Positions 38,340 through 48,665 of a stretch of DNA of 64,000 nucleotides are shown piece after piece. The notes beneath the pieces are model-generated. The model ran no database searches. It worked only from the letters and a program-made list of their open reading frames with translations, and was not told the origin of the DNA. Location of the stretch: positions 992,001 to 1,056,000 of the forward strand of contig CAVPLT010000004.1 in NCBI GenBank assembly GCA_963706325.1, read 5' to 3'. This DNA comes from an uncultured Nitrospiraceae bacterium (GTDB taxonomy: Bacteria; Nitrospirota; Nitrospiria; Nitrospirales; Nitrospiraceae). Every line of letters begins with the position of its first letter. Position 1 is the first letter of the stretch. Both the position numbers and the translations under genes were made by a program.

Positions 38340-39636
38340 CGAGCGGCTCGAACAAGTTGAACCGCTCTCCGTGACAGGGCGTGTCGCTCAAGCGGTCGGC
38401 ATCGTGATTGAGGCCTCCGGTCCCTTCACCTCGGTGGGGGAAGTCTGCGAAATTACCCGCGAGGGAGGCCATGGCTCTGTCATGGCGGAGGTCGTCGGCT
38501 TTCGGGAAGACCGTGTTCTGCTGATGCCCCTCGGAGAAATGCAGGGTATTGGGCCTGGAAGCCGTGTGGTGATGAAGGGGCATGTCGCATCCGTGCCGGT
38601 CGGACCACAGATGCTCGGTCGGATTCTTGACGGACTGGGCCATCCGCTCGACGGCTTGCCGCCCGTTCGCGCCGAGGCGCGGGTTCCGCTGTACGCTGCG
38701 CCACTTAACCCTCTGCATCGTGCCCGGATTACACAGCCTGTCGATCTGGGGATTCGAGCGATCAATGCGCTCCTGACCTGCGGGCAGGGACAGAAAATCG
38801 GCGTGTTTGCCGGGTCAGGGGTCGGAAAAAGCGTCCTCTTAGGCATGATCAGTCGATACACGCAGGCTGACGTGAGGGTCATTGCGCTCGTGGGGGAACG
38901 AGGCCGCGAAGTGAAAGAATTCTTGGAGCGCGACCTCACACCGGAAGCCCGAGCCCGATCGGTCGTGGTAGTGGCGACTTCAGATCAACCCCCCCTCGTG
39001 CGTATACGCGGTGCGTTAGTGGCGACCGCCATTGCAGAATATTTTCGCGACTGCGGCAAGCATGTGCTCTTGATGATGGACTCTCTATCCAGGTTAGCCT
39101 ACAGCCAGCGGGAGGTTGGATTGGCCATCGGCGAACCTCCGACAACAAAGGGTTACACACCCTCGGTGTTTTCGGTTCTGCCGAAGTTGTTGGAACGAGT
39201 CGGACCGGCGCAGAGCGGGGGTAGCATTACCGGACTCTACACGGTGCTGGTTGACGGTGACGATCTCAATGATCCGGTGGCCGATGCCGTGCGCTCCATC
39301 CTCGACGGGCATATCGTGTTATCTCGTGAACTCGCGGCGAGAAATCATTTCCCTGCTATCGACATTTTGCAGAGCACGAGCCGTGTGATGCGGGATATCG
39401 TGACACCGGCGCATTACGCAGCCGCACGATTGGTGCTCGAACGCACGGCGATGTACCGCAGATCCGAAGATTTGATTACCCTGGGGGCGTACAAACCGGG
39501 GAGCAGCAAAGAACTCGACAAAGCCGTGACGGCTCACGACGGCATCACAGGATTCTTGCGTCAGGAGATTCAGCAGCCGATCGGCTTTCCTCAGTCCCTC
39601 GACGCGTTGCAAGCCCTTGCGGGAAGCATTCAATGA
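38329..39636 (+). CDS. fliI: Flagellar export ATPase FliI
   Basis: FAGSGVGKS Walker A, GERGREV, MMDS, GEPP..KGY, DGHIVLSR. Confidence 0.97.
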   Translation: MKLSERLEQVEPLSVTGRVAQAVGIVIEASGPFTSVGEVCEITREGGHGSVMAEVVGFREDRVLLMPLGEMQGIGPGSRVVMKGHVASVPVGPQMLGRILDGLGHPLDGLPPVRAEARVPLYAAPLNPLHRARITQPVDLGIRAINALLTCGQGQKIGVFAGSGVGKSVLLGMISRYTQADVRVIALVGERGREVKEFLERDLTPEARARSVVVVATSDQPPLVRIRGALVATAIAEYFRDCGKHVLLMMDSLSRLAYSQREVGLAIGEPPTTKGYTPSVFSVLPKLLERVGPAQSGGSITGLYTVLVDGDDLNDPVADAVRSILDGHIVLSRELAARNHFPAIDILQSTSRVMRDIVTPAHYAAARLVLERTAMYRRSEDLITLGAYKPGSSKELDKAVTAHDGITGFLRQEIQQPIGFPQSLDALQALAGSIQ

Positions 39637-40073
39637 ACCTGAGAGTGCTTCGAACGTACGCGTTGCAACTCGAAGAGGTCGCCAAGCTGGAACTGTCTGA
39701 ACTTTCACAAACGTTGCAGCAGACAGTTGAGCGAATGACGACGCTGGATTCGCAGACCCGCGAGGATGCCGACCGGTATTTGCTGCAGGTGCGGGAGGGG
39801 ACCACAGTCGATCAGGCGTATGCTCAGCTCGACGCCATGGATCAGGCCATTGCCGCTCGCAAAGGATTGGAACAGGCGCATGCCGCACAACAACTCCAAT
39901 GGTCGACCAAGCGCGATGCATTGCTCGAGGCGATGCAATATCGAAAGAAACTGGATCTTCTGGGCGCACGGGCCATTCAAAAACAATGCCGTCATCAGGA
40001 ACAGCAGGACCAACAATTACTCGATGAGCGTGCTTGGCGACGGAGTCCGTCGAAATTGGGAGACCAGGCATGA
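39633..40073 (+). CDS. fliJ: Flagellar export protein FliJ
   Basis: 146-aa coiled-coil protein after fliI, ending QQ.QQLLDE.A. Confidence 0.85.
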   Translation: MNLRVLRTYALQLEEVAKLELSELSQTLQQTVERMTTLDSQTREDADRYLLQVREGTTVDQAYAQLDAMDQAIAARKGLEQAHAAQQLQWSTKRDALLEAMQYRKKLDLLGARAIQKQCRHQEQQDQQLLDERAWRRSPSKLGDQA

Positions 40074-40714
40074 CCTCGATTGAACGGTTCAATCGGGCGG
40101 AAGCTCGAACGTTCCGTCTCTACAGACTGCTGCGCGCGACCGTCGCCCTCGCGCTGACAGGCCTTCTTTTCGCGGCAATTTCGGCGTCCGCCGCGGGACC
40201 GACCACCGAGCCTCCCCCCTTGGAGGATGAGACGTTGCCCCCCAGCGTCAAGAGTACTCTTCAAGGACCCGCGATCAGTGCGCCGCGAGAGATCCTCGAC
40301 ATGTTAGAACAGCGACGGCGCTTCCTGGATAAACGAGAAGCCGCACTGCGGGGGGCCGATACGCACCTTCTGGAGTTGAAGTCTGAACTGGAGCAGATCG
40401 TCACTCGTCACGAGAAGCTCGTTGAGGCTGAAAGGAAACGGGCTCAGGCAACGTTGGCTAAAACCTCGACTGAAGCCGACAAATCGAAAGATCCCCGGAA
40501 TCCCGGTGCGCGCAATGTCAATCAAGCGCAATTAGCAAAAATCTATGAGGCCATGCCTCCGGAAGAAGCCGCGGCGCGTCTGGAGAGGATGCCTGAACGG
40601 AAAGCGCTGGAGGTACTTCGGCTCCTTAAGGGCAAATCCGCGGGCTCCATCCTCGCTGAAGTCAAACCAGACCGCGCGGCTCGTTTGACCGAGCAACTGC
40701 TGAGCAGTCCCTAA
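40070..40714 (+). CDS. MotE/FlbB-like flagellar protein (TM, coiled coil, MgtE N-terminal-like domain)
   Basis: LAKIYEAMPPEEAAARLE.M....A..VL..LK.KSAG.IL motif. Confidence 0.8.
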   Translation: MTSIERFNRAEARTFRLYRLLRATVALALTGLLFAAISASAAGPTTEPPPLEDETLPPSVKSTLQGPAISAPREILDMLEQRRRFLDKREAALRGADTHLLELKSELEQIVTRHEKLVEAERKRAQATLAKTSTEADKSKDPRNPGARNVNQAQLAKIYEAMPPEEAAARLERMPERKALEVLRLLKGKSAGSILAEVKPDRAARLTEQLLSSP

Positions 40715-40738
40715 CACCCTCACGAATCAACGCATCGT

Positions 40739-40863
40739 GCGGCAGCTTTTGCCGCGATCTCCTGCAGAAACTTCCTTTGTCCGGATCCGCTCCTCGGCTG
40801 CCTTCAAGGAAATCGCGCGTGATGCGAGTTTTTATGCGCAGAAGTCATGGCACGGCCTTTGTA
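40739..40863 (+). promoter_or_regulatory. Sigma54 promoter of fliK with a GGCA-N5-TGCC site
   Basis: GCGGCAGCTTTTGCCGC at 40739-40755; TGGCACGGCCTTTGTA at 40848-40863. Confidence 0.6.
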
Positions 40864-40911
40864 ATGGTGTCCCATGGTTACTCACCGGATCAGGAGCACA
40901 CCGGAACATCC

Positions 40912-42498
40912 ATGGCCACCAACATGCAGCCGTTTCTCAACGTAGTATCCAGCGCGGCGAGACAGATACCTTCTGAGGTTCGAGCGCGAAATGAAAGCAT
41001 GCCCCGCAGCTCATTCCCCGATCGTTTCGATAATGTGCTTGGAAAGGCCGAGGCGCGCCGCGGGTCCGCTCAACCGTCGATCGCCGCCCGATCCAAACAT
41101 GCCGAGCGACGCCACACGTCTACGCCTGCTCCCACGCATTCTCCGACGCGTTCATCGGGCGACACATTGTCTGGACCCCCTGCCGATGCCCGCCAGGAGA
41201 AGATTTCAAGTAAGAGCGACTCGAATCAAAGCCAGGAAGTTTCGGACAACGGACAGGACGAGCAGTTAACCAAGGTCCGCAAAAAGGCCACGCAGCCAGA
41301 CACCTTGTTGCCTGAGGAATTGCTTACTGCTGGAATAGCCACGCAGGTCCCGATGGAAGAATTGACGGCAAATCAAAAAGAATCGCCCTCCGATGAGACG
41401 GTCCAATCCGCGGATCCGACAGTCGGGAAGGTGACGTCGGCGCCCGCCACGAGTCTTCCATCTACCGATACTGAGTCAGGTGCGACAGTTTCAAGTGTCG
41501 CATCAGTCATACCAGACCAGAGACCGGGGCAAGCGTCGGGTGATGCGACGGCGAGCGGCGAGGTGAACCGGGCGGCCGGACAGGCCCCATCCTCCGATGC
41601 GCCTTCCACAGAAACCGGCAAAGACGATGCCCAGCAGGTTGTCGAAGCTGAGAATCAAGAGACATTACATGAAATCCCGACGAGTTTGAATGAGACTTCG
41701 ATCAAGGATGGTCAGATAGAGCAGGACAAATCCAAGTTGCTGGCTGCAGCGGGCAACGCACACATGACCGAGAAAGCGCTGCGGGGATCCAATGCTCCGG
41801 ATCCCGGCGATCTTCAGTCACAGTTCGACTCGGTCATGCGAGTGAACGACATTTCCAACAGCCAGAATGCATCGAGTGCGGGACAATTTGCCGGGAACGG
41901 TTTCTCCTTGTCGTCAGATGCGCGAAGTGAACAGGATCCCCCTAAGTCCAACCTGCTGCCCTCAGAGGATAACAGCCTTCGACCGCAATTCCTCGATCAG
42001 ACGACCGGAGTCAGTCCGTCCGCTCCTCCCTCCGGGGACGGCCGGGCTGGACGAAGCGAAATGGGGCAGCCCACACCAATTCATGCATCCGAATCTGAAC
42101 GGATCAGCGAGCTTCGAGGGACTTTTTCTTCCGCGCAGTCGGTCACACTGGACTTGGATCCCCTAGACATGGGACCGCTCCGGGTCCGCATCATGATGAC
42201 GGATCAAACGGTCCATGCGCATATTCGCACCGAACATGGCGAGCTAGGGCAGGGACTCTTGCAACAGGGGCAGTCATTGGAGGCCTCACTCCGGACAACA
42301 GGTCTGGAGATGGGCATGCTCCGTGTGACGGTGGATCAGCAACAACAAGGACGGGGCGATAATGCCTGGGCATTTCAGCAACAGCCGAGTCGACCGGGAA
42401 CTGCCTCCGGTCCGCCTTCGGCGCCGGGAGAATCGGAAGCCGTGTCGCGACGAGAGTATGCGGTTCACAACAACGGACGAGTGAGCTTTTTCGCCTGA
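40912..42498 (+). CDS. fliK: Flagellar hook-length control protein FliK
   Basis: Long low-complexity S/T/P-rich N-terminus; C-terminal L.LDP.DMG.LRV T3S4 domain; precedes flgD. Confidence 0.88.
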   Translation: MATNMQPFLNVVSSAARQIPSEVRARNESMPRSSFPDRFDNVLGKAEARRGSAQPSIAARSKHAERRHTSTPAPTHSPTRSSGDTLSGPPADARQEKISSKSDSNQSQEVSDNGQDEQLTKVRKKATQPDTLLPEELLTAGIATQVPMEELTANQKESPSDETVQSADPTVGKVTSAPATSLPSTDTESGATVSSVASVIPDQRPGQASGDATASGEVNRAAGQAPSSDAPSTETGKDDAQQVVEAENQETLHEIPTSLNETSIKDGQIEQDKSKLLAAAGNAHMTEKALRGSNAPDPGDLQSQFDSVMRVNDISNSQNASSAGQFAGNGFSLSSDARSEQDPPKSNLLPSEDNSLRPQFLDQTTGVSPSAPPSGDGRAGRSEMGQPTPIHASESERISELRGTFSSAQSVTLDLDPLDMGPLRVRIMMTDQTVHAHIRTEHGELGQGLLQQGQSLEASLRTTGLEMGMLRVTVDQQQQGRGDNAWAFQQQPSRPGTASGPPSAPGESEAVSRREYAVHNNGRVSFFA

Positions 42499-42509
42499 TC
42501 GGAGGACCT

Positions 42510-42803
42510 ATGGATTTTAGTAATGTCATTACCCAAACGCCGGCCGTAGATCCCACGACGACGCAGACGGTGAATGGACAGAAGATACTGGGGCAACAGG
42601 ACTTTTTGAAGATGCTGCTCACGCAGCTTCAGAATCAGGACCCGCTGAAACCAGTTGAAGACAAGGAATTCATCGCGCAGACCGCGCAGTTCTCTCAATT
42701 GGATCAGATGTCGAAGCTGGTGTCCCTGATGGAGAAGAGCGTGGCGCTGCAGGAAGCGGCTCAAGGCAAAGACACCGAGGGATCCACGTCCACGACAGCG
42801 TAA
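42510..42803 (+). CDS. flgD: Flagellar hook-capping protein FlgD (short form)
   Basis: FLKMLLTQLQNQDPLKP....EFIAQ.AQFSQL.Q. Confidence 0.93.
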   Translation: MDFSNVITQTPAVDPTTTQTVNGQKILGQQDFLKMLLTQLQNQDPLKPVEDKEFIAQTAQFSQLDQMSKLVSLMEKSVALQEAAQGKDTEGSTSTTA

Positions 42804-42877
42804 AGACGAGTCACGTGAGGGATTGGCCTGACACAGGAATGCGCTAACACGAGTATCGGAACAAGGAGGACGGCAGC

Positions 42878-44101
42878 ATGGGTATTCTCACATCGATGTT
42901 CACCGCAGTCACCGGCTTAAGCACATACGGCAATGCCATGGGCGTCATCGGCAATAACATCGCGAATATCGGAACAGCCGGGTTCAAGTCCAGCCGAGCG
43001 ACCTTTGCGGACCTGATTTCATCCAGCATATCGGGTGCAAGCGGCGGTGGACAGGTCGGCCTTGGAGTCTATATGAACGATGTCCAGACTAATTTTTCGC
43101 AAGGGTCGATGACGACTACCGGAAATACGTTCGATCTGGCGATCGATGGCACCGGCTTCTATCTCTTGAGAAACGCTTCTGGAATCAATTTGTACTCTCG
43201 AGCCGGACAATTCAAGGTCGATAATCTCGGACAGGTGACTGATTCCAGCGGGGCGCTGCTCCAGGGCTATCAGGCCGATACCAACGGCAACATTACCAAT
43301 ACGGTCGGAAATATCACCTTGTCGTCGAGTGCTGTGGCCCCCCAGGCAAGCACAACGGCCACGATTCTCGGTAATCTCAACGCTAGTTCGACCGTTCCCA
43401 CCGCGGCGTTCGCCGCTACGGATACCACTTCGTACAACTTCTCGACCGGCACGACCTTCTATGACTCCCTGGGAAACTCGCACCAGATGCAACTCTATTT
43501 CCGTAAGACGGCTGCCAATGCCTGGGGCGTCTATTCGCAGATCGACGGTGGAGCGGCGACCGCTCAAACCAACATGACATTTAGTGCAGCCGGAGCCGTG
43601 ACAGCCGGCGGTTCACAGACGGTCAGCGCCGTGCTGACGACCGGCGCCACGACACCGCAGACAGTGACCGTGAGTCTGGCCGGACTCACGCAATTCGGAA
43701 CCGCCTCCGGAATCATCAGCAACATACAGGACGGATTCGGCGCGGGAACACTCGAAAAAATCAGCGTGGACAAACAAGGGCAGGTGGTGGCGCAATTCAC
43801 CAACGGCCAGACCAAGGCCCTGGCTCAAGTCGTCCTCAACCGTTTTACCAATCCTGACGGGCTGCTCAACGGCGGCGACAATCACTTCAGTGAAACGGTA
43901 GAGTCCGGCGCCGCGTTAGCCGGCGCGCCCACCGTCAATGGACTGGGTCAGATCCTGTCGGGAACCGTGGAGCAGTCCAACGTAGACCTTGGCAAGGAAT
44001 TCGTAGACATGATCATCACCCAGCGCGCGTTCCAGGCCAATTCTCGCGCGATCACGACCAGCGATGAAATGTTACAGGAACTCGTCAACCTCAAGCGATA
44101 A
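42878..44101 (+). CDS. flgE: Flagellar hook protein FlgE
   Basis: VIGNNIAN..T.GFK, DLAIDG.GF, SRAGQF, YDSLGNSH, EQSNVDL, QRAFQAN. Confidence 0.97.
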   Translation: MGILTSMFTAVTGLSTYGNAMGVIGNNIANIGTAGFKSSRATFADLISSSISGASGGGQVGLGVYMNDVQTNFSQGSMTTTGNTFDLAIDGTGFYLLRNASGINLYSRAGQFKVDNLGQVTDSSGALLQGYQADTNGNITNTVGNITLSSSAVAPQASTTATILGNLNASSTVPTAAFAATDTTSYNFSTGTTFYDSLGNSHQMQLYFRKTAANAWGVYSQIDGGAATAQTNMTFSAAGAVTAGGSQTVSAVLTTGATTPQTVTVSLAGLTQFGTASGIISNIQDGFGAGTLEKISVDKQGQVVAQFTNGQTKALAQVVLNRFTNPDGLLNGGDNHFSETVESGAALAGAPTVNGLGQILSGTVEQSNVDLGKEFVDMIITQRAFQANSRAITTSDEMLQELVNLKR

Positions 44102-44109
44102 GCAATCGG

Positions 44110-44142
44110 GTTCTGGCGCGCCCGCGTGGGGCGCGCCAGAAC
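44110..44142 (+). terminator. GC-rich hairpin after flgE
   Basis: GTTCTGGCGCGCCC-GCGTG-GGGCGCGCCAGAAC perfect 14-bp stem. Confidence 0.7.
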
Positions 44143-44206
44143 ACTGATCGGCAATATCTACCTAGTCCGCTTCCCGTTCATACACCGCCGCAACCTCCTC
44201 TCGCTC

Positions 44207-44391
44207 GTCAACATTCTGTCGGCACAAACTATCCTCGCGTCACCTCCCTGACAAGGTTTCACGTTCGTTAACGTTCCTTGTGCCGGAGTCATGTGGTGTG
44301 ACGTGAAATACTTGTGTTTACTCATGATCCGTCGTCGGCGGCCCTTGTTGCATCGGATCGCCGTGGGCTGCCCCGTGGCATATGCATTGCA
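44207..44391 (+). promoter_or_regulatory. Sigma54 promoter of the fliL operon with two GTCA-N6-TGAC boxes
   Basis: GTCAACATTCTGTC at 44207, GTCACCTCCCTGAC at 44239; TGGCATATGCATTGCA at 44376-44391. Confidence 0.7.
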
Positions 44392-44432
44392 CCAATGCGA
44401 ATTCCGGTAACCACTGTTCGCAGGAGGCTTGT

Positions 44433-44966
44433 ATGGCAGAAGCGGTCGAAGAGAAGACGCCGGTAGTACCTGTGGGAATGCCCATGAAGATGGTCCTCAT
44501 TCTGGTCGGGGGGACTCTCGTCGTCGCATTAGGCGGTGCGTTTGCGATCTTTAAAATGACGGCAGGATCGTCTGACAAGGCGGCAGCTGAAGCCGCGGTT
44601 GAAAAACCAGCTGCGCATGGGGAGGTTGAGGCCAAAGGCGGGGGACACGGTGCGGTGGCCGAGACCGGCGCCATTGCCGACTTGGATCCCTTCATCGTCA
44701 ATCTCGCTGACTCACCCGAAGTGCGGTATCTCAAAGTCACGATGAAATTGGAATTGACCAACGCCTCCGCTGCCGACGAGATCACGGCTCGTACCCCGCA
44801 AATTCGCGACGCGATTCTGGTGCTACTGACCAGTCTGGATTCGGTGACCGCCCGTTCCCCGCAAGGTAAACATAAGTTGCGCGAAGACGTGACCGCACGG
44901 ATTAACGGCCTGCTGCCAAAGAAATCCGTCAAGACGGCCTACTTCACCGATTTTGTGATTCAGTAG
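44433..44966 (+). CDS. fliL: Flagellar basal-body protein FliL
   Basis: N-terminal TM, PFIVNLAD, RYLK, IRDAI, YFTDFVIQ; AGGAGG RBS. Confidence 0.95.
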   Translation: MAEAVEEKTPVVPVGMPMKMVLILVGGTLVVALGGAFAIFKMTAGSSDKAAAEAAVEKPAAHGEVEAKGGGHGAVAETGAIADLDPFIVNLADSPEVRYLKVTMKLELTNASAADEITARTPQIRDAILVLLTSLDSVTARSPQGKHKLREDVTARINGLLPKKSVKTAYFTDFVIQ

Positions 44967-44991
44967 GGGCACGGCGCTTTTCGAGGACGTC

Positions 44992-45963
44992 ATGGACAAG
45001 ATACTGTCGCAAGAAGAAATCGATGCCTTGATGGGCGGGGTCATGTCGGGCGACGTCGACACGGATCCGAAAGAGGCCGAGGATCCCAACGGTGTCAAGG
45101 CCTACAGCCTGACCCATCAGGAGCGGATCATCCGTGGACGCATGCCCACGATGGAGATGATCAACGATCGCTTTACGCGGCAACAGTCGATCTCCTGGAG
45201 CGGGCTCTTACGGGAGAAGATCGAATTCAGCGTCGTCAGCACCCAGATAATCAAGTTTGGAGACTTCATCCAGAAGGTCCCGGTCCCTTCCTCGTTCAAT
45301 CTATTCATGATGGAGCCCTTACGGGGCAACGGCCTCTACATCATGGATGCGATGTTGGTCTATCTCATAGTGGACTTTTTCTTCGGCGGCAAAGTGCAGA
45401 CGCACGTCAAGCCGGAGGGGAGAGAGTTCACCCCGATTCAGGTGCGGTTGGTCAAGAAATTGGTTCAGTTGGCGCTACAAGACCTGGAAAAGGCCTGGCA
45501 AGCGGTCATGCAAATGAAGATCGGTTATTGCCGCACCGAGAGTAATCCTCAATTCGCCATGGTCGTGACCGCCTCCGAGATCGTCGTGGTCGTGACCTTA
45601 CAGGTCCACCTCGGAGACATCTCGCGCGAGATGTTCATCGCCTATCCGTATTCCATGCTCGAGCCCATTAAGGAAAAGCTCTACTCGGGACTCTTTGCCG
45701 ACAACGTGGAGCAGGATAGCAGCTGGGGCAGCCGTTTCAAGGATTCCCTTCAGGAGTGCGACGTGGCCTTGGCGGTACAGTTGGGAACGGCGCGGATCAA
45801 TGTGCAGGACTTACTGAACTTCACCCCCGGCGATGTCCTGATGCTTGACCAGCACCCCGGCGATCCGATGCTGTGTCTCGTGGAAGGTGACCCCAAATTT
45901 CAAGGACAGCCTGGCGTGTTCAAGGGAAATCACGCCTGCCGTGTCACGAAGGTACTGACCTAG
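44992..45963 (+). CDS. fliM: Flagellar motor switch protein FliM
   Basis: ILSQEEIDAL CheY-binding motif, GGK....EGREFT, ESNPQF. Confidence 0.97.
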   Translation: MDKILSQEEIDALMGGVMSGDVDTDPKEAEDPNGVKAYSLTHQERIIRGRMPTMEMINDRFTRQQSISWSGLLREKIEFSVVSTQIIKFGDFIQKVPVPSSFNLFMMEPLRGNGLYIMDAMLVYLIVDFFFGGKVQTHVKPEGREFTPIQVRLVKKLVQLALQDLEKAWQAVMQMKIGYCRTESNPQFAMVVTASEIVVVVTLQVHLGDISREMFIAYPYSMLEPIKEKLYSGLFADNVEQDSSWGSRFKDSLQECDVALAVQLGTARINVQDLLNFTPGDVLMLDQHPGDPMLCLVEGDPKFQGQPGVFKGNHACRVTKVLT

Positions 45964-45993
45964 TTCTCTCTCGGGGCAAAAGGAGATCTGCGT

Positions 45994-46368
45994 ATGGCCA
46001 ATGGCGACAACACCGCTCACTCTGGTCAGACCAATGCCGACATCGGCGAGGCGAATCCACAACCGGCGTCGTTTCCACCGGTCGATAACCAGTACGCCGT
46101 GCCGGCCAACAAGAATATCGAGTTCGTCCTTGATATTCCGCTGCAAGTGACCGTGCAAATCGGCTCGACACGCATGTTGATCAGGGAGCTGCTTCAGCTG
46201 GGACAAGGCTCCGTCATTGAGCTCAATAAACTCGCGGGAGAACCGATGGAAGTGCTGGTCAACAACAAGTTGGTCGCCCGCGGTGAAGTCGTCGTGGTGA
46301 ACGAAAAGTTCGGCATCCGGCTCACGGATGTGGTGAGCCCCAACCAGCGGATTCAGCAACTCGGATAG
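45994..46368 (+). CDS. fliN: Flagellar motor switch protein FliN
   Basis: LDIPL.VTV..G, GSVIELNKLAGEP, ARGEVVVVNEKFGIR. Confidence 0.97.
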   Translation: MANGDNTAHSGQTNADIGEANPQPASFPPVDNQYAVPANKNIEFVLDIPLQVTVQIGSTRMLIRELLQLGQGSVIELNKLAGEPMEVLVNNKLVARGEVVVVNEKFGIRLTDVVSPNQRIQQLG

Positions 46369-46421
46369 CCCGTCGACGGCATCGCGGCGACCTGGCCGCC
46401 GAGAGGAATACACGGTCGCAC

Positions 46422-46787
46422 ATGGAACTCTGGGAAAGTGTCGTTCGTATGGTGTCGGCGCTGGGAGTGGTCCTGGCATTGATCCTGGGTCTCCTGGCGG
46501 TGGCGCGCTCGGCCATAGGCCGTCGCTTTCTTCCGGAGAGCGGGGCGCCGATGATCAAGATCCTAGCCAGCAGTCCTTTAGGCTCACGAAAACAGGTCAT
46601 GCTCGTTGCGGTTGCAGGGGAGGTGTTAATCCTCGGCGCCACCGCCACAGATCTCGTGCCTCTCGGAAAAGTGACGGACCCTGAGCGATTGACACTTCTC
46701 CTAGCCGGTTCAGTTTCCGCACATTCCTCCGCAGTGCGCGCCACCGGCCATTCAGATCATAGGCAGGAGGCACCTCGTGCGTCCTGA
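46422..46787 (+). CDS. fliO: Flagellar biosynthesis protein FliO
   Basis: N-terminal TM, LG.RK.V.LV.V.GE.LILG.T; between fliN and fliP. Confidence 0.88.
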   Translation: MELWESVVRMVSALGVVLALILGLLAVARSAIGRRFLPESGAPMIKILASSPLGSRKQVMLVAVAGEVLILGATATDLVPLGKVTDPERLTLLLAGSVSAHSSAVRATGHSDHRQEAPRAS

Positions 46788-47577
46788 GACCGTAGTACGT
46801 GTGGGGCCAGGGTCCTCGTCGGCTTCTCTCAGCATTCGTTTAAGTGGTCTGTGTCTTGCGCTGATTGTACTCTGTGGCCTTTGTGCAGCCTCTTCCGTTC
46901 ACGCCGAAGGGCCCTCCATCACTCTGGAACTCGGGCAGGGTGGTCCGAAACAGACAGCCGTAGTGCTGCAGATTCTGGCCCTCTTGACGGTGCTCTCGCT
47001 GGCGCCGGCGATGTTCATCATGGTGACCTCGTTTACGCGCATGGTCATCGTCTTATCGTTTCTCCGGCAAGCCTTGGGCACACAACAGGTACCTCCCAAC
47101 CAGGTGCTTATCAGTCTCGCGCTGTTTCTGACTATGTTCGTGATGGCTCCGGTGGGACAAGCTGTCTATAAAGACGCGGTGCAGCCACTGCTCGCCGGGC
47201 AGATCGGGTACGACGAAGCGTGGAATAGAGGTATCCAGCCGATTCGCGCCTTTATGCTCAAGCAGATGCGAGACAAGGATCTCGAACTCTTTCTCGAATT
47301 GTCGCATTCGCCGAAGCCTGCCCAGGTGGAACAGGTCCCGACCCACGTCATCATTCCCGCATTTATCCTGAGTGAACTGCGTATCTCGTTTCAGATCGGG
47401 TTTCTGATCTACATCCCGTTTCTTATCGTCGATATGGTGGTCGCAAGCGTGTTGATGTCCATGGGCATGATGCTGCTTCCGCCGGTCATGATTTCGCTCC
47501 CGTTCAAACTGATTCTCTTCGTCCTCGCAGACGGGTGGTATCTCGTCGTCGGATCCATGGTCAAGAGCTTCCAATAG
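46777..47577 (+). CDS. fliP: Flagellar export protein FliP
   Basis: TSFTR..IVLS.LRQALG.QQ.PPNQ, PAFILSEL, MGMMLLPP..ISLPFK. Confidence 0.97.
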   Translation: MRPETVVRVGPGSSSASLSIRLSGLCLALIVLCGLCAASSVHAEGPSITLELGQGGPKQTAVVLQILALLTVLSLAPAMFIMVTSFTRMVIVLSFLRQALGTQQVPPNQVLISLALFLTMFVMAPVGQAVYKDAVQPLLAGQIGYDEAWNRGIQPIRAFMLKQMRDKDLELFLELSHSPKPAQVEQVPTHVIIPAFILSELRISFQIGFLIYIPFLIVDMVVASVLMSMGMMLLPPVMISLPFKLILFVLADGWYLVVGSMVKSFQ

Positions 47578-47588
47578 GAGCCATACGC

Positions 47589-47858
47589 ATGACGATCGAA
47601 ACGGTGACGGAAATCGGCCGCCAAGCTATTGAAACAGCCATATTGGTTTCTGCGCCTATCTTGGGCCTGAGCCTGATAGTCGGCCTCTTGGTGAGCACCT
47701 TTCAGGCTATGACCCAGATTAACGAAGCGACGCTCACATTCGTACCGAAAGTCCTGGCAGTGTTTGCGGCCACGCTCTTATTTCTCCCTTGGATGATGGG
47801 CGTGTTGATCGCCTTCATGACCCATATCATCACCAGTATTCCCACATTGATTCATTGA
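47589..47858 (+). CDS. fliQ: Flagellar export protein FliQ
   Basis: VGLLVS.FQA.TQINE.TL.FVPK. Confidence 0.97.
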   Translation: MTIETVTEIGRQAIETAILVSAPILGLSLIVGLLVSTFQAMTQINEATLTFVPKVLAVFAATLLFLPWMMGVLIAFMTHIITSIPTLIH

Positions 47859-47876
47859 GAAGGCCTCGGACCTACG

Positions 47877-48665
47877 ATGAACGCCGCACAAACCCTGCAT
47901 CTCGCGTTGCCGCAGTTTCAGACCTTCTCCATCTTATTGGTGCGAATTGCGGGCATTATCAGTGTATTTCCGATCCTCAATACCGCCACTATTCCGACGC
48001 CGGTCAAGGCCGGCCTCGTGACCATGCTGGGCCTCGTGCTCACACCCCTCATTCAGTTGCCCAGCCTCCCCTCCGACCCGGTCATTGTCGTGGCTGGGGT
48101 CGGGAGTGAATTTTTGATCGGATTGACGATCGGACTGGCCGTGCGGCTTCTCTTTTCTGGATTCCAAGTCGCGGGCGATCTGGTCGGCACTCAAATGGGA
48201 TTCAGCGCCATTCAATTGCTCGACCCCATGAGCCATCAGAATGCCCCGCTCATCGCGCAGTTCCAGCTGGTGTTGGGGTCTTTGGTGTTTCTATCGATCA
48301 ATGCGCATTTGCTGGTCGTCCATGCCATCGGCATGAGCTTCGAACTCGTGCCGCCCTTCGGCGCCAAGTTGTCCGACAACATCGCCCGAGACATCATCCA
48401 GTTGGCCCAGAACATGCTCGGTGTCGCGCTGAAGCTCGCCGCGCCGATGTTTGCCACTTTGTTGATCGTGAATACGATTCTGGCGATTCTCGGGCGCGCC
48501 GTCCCGCAGATGAACATCTTCGCGCTGAGCTTTCCGATCACCATCGGCGCGGGACTGGTCGCCATGAGTCTCTCAATGCCATTCACGCTTTCACTCTTTG
48601 AAAAAGAGTTTATGACCCTGGCGGAAACCATCCTTGCCCTGCTCAAGGCACTAGGCCATGGCTGA
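47877..48665 (+). CDS. fliR: Flagellar export protein FliR
   Basis: AG......QMGF....DP, RAVPQMNIF...FP; multi-TM. Confidence 0.95.
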   Translation: MNAAQTLHLALPQFQTFSILLVRIAGIISVFPILNTATIPTPVKAGLVTMLGLVLTPLIQLPSLPSDPVIVVAGVGSEFLIGLTIGLAVRLLFSGFQVAGDLVGTQMGFSAIQLLDPMSHQNAPLIAQFQLVLGSLVFLSINAHLLVVHAIGMSFELVPPFGAKLSDNIARDIIQLAQNMLGVALKLAAPMFATLLIVNTILAILGRAVPQMNIFALSFPITIGAGLVAMSLSMPFTLSLFEKEFMTLAETILALLKALGHG

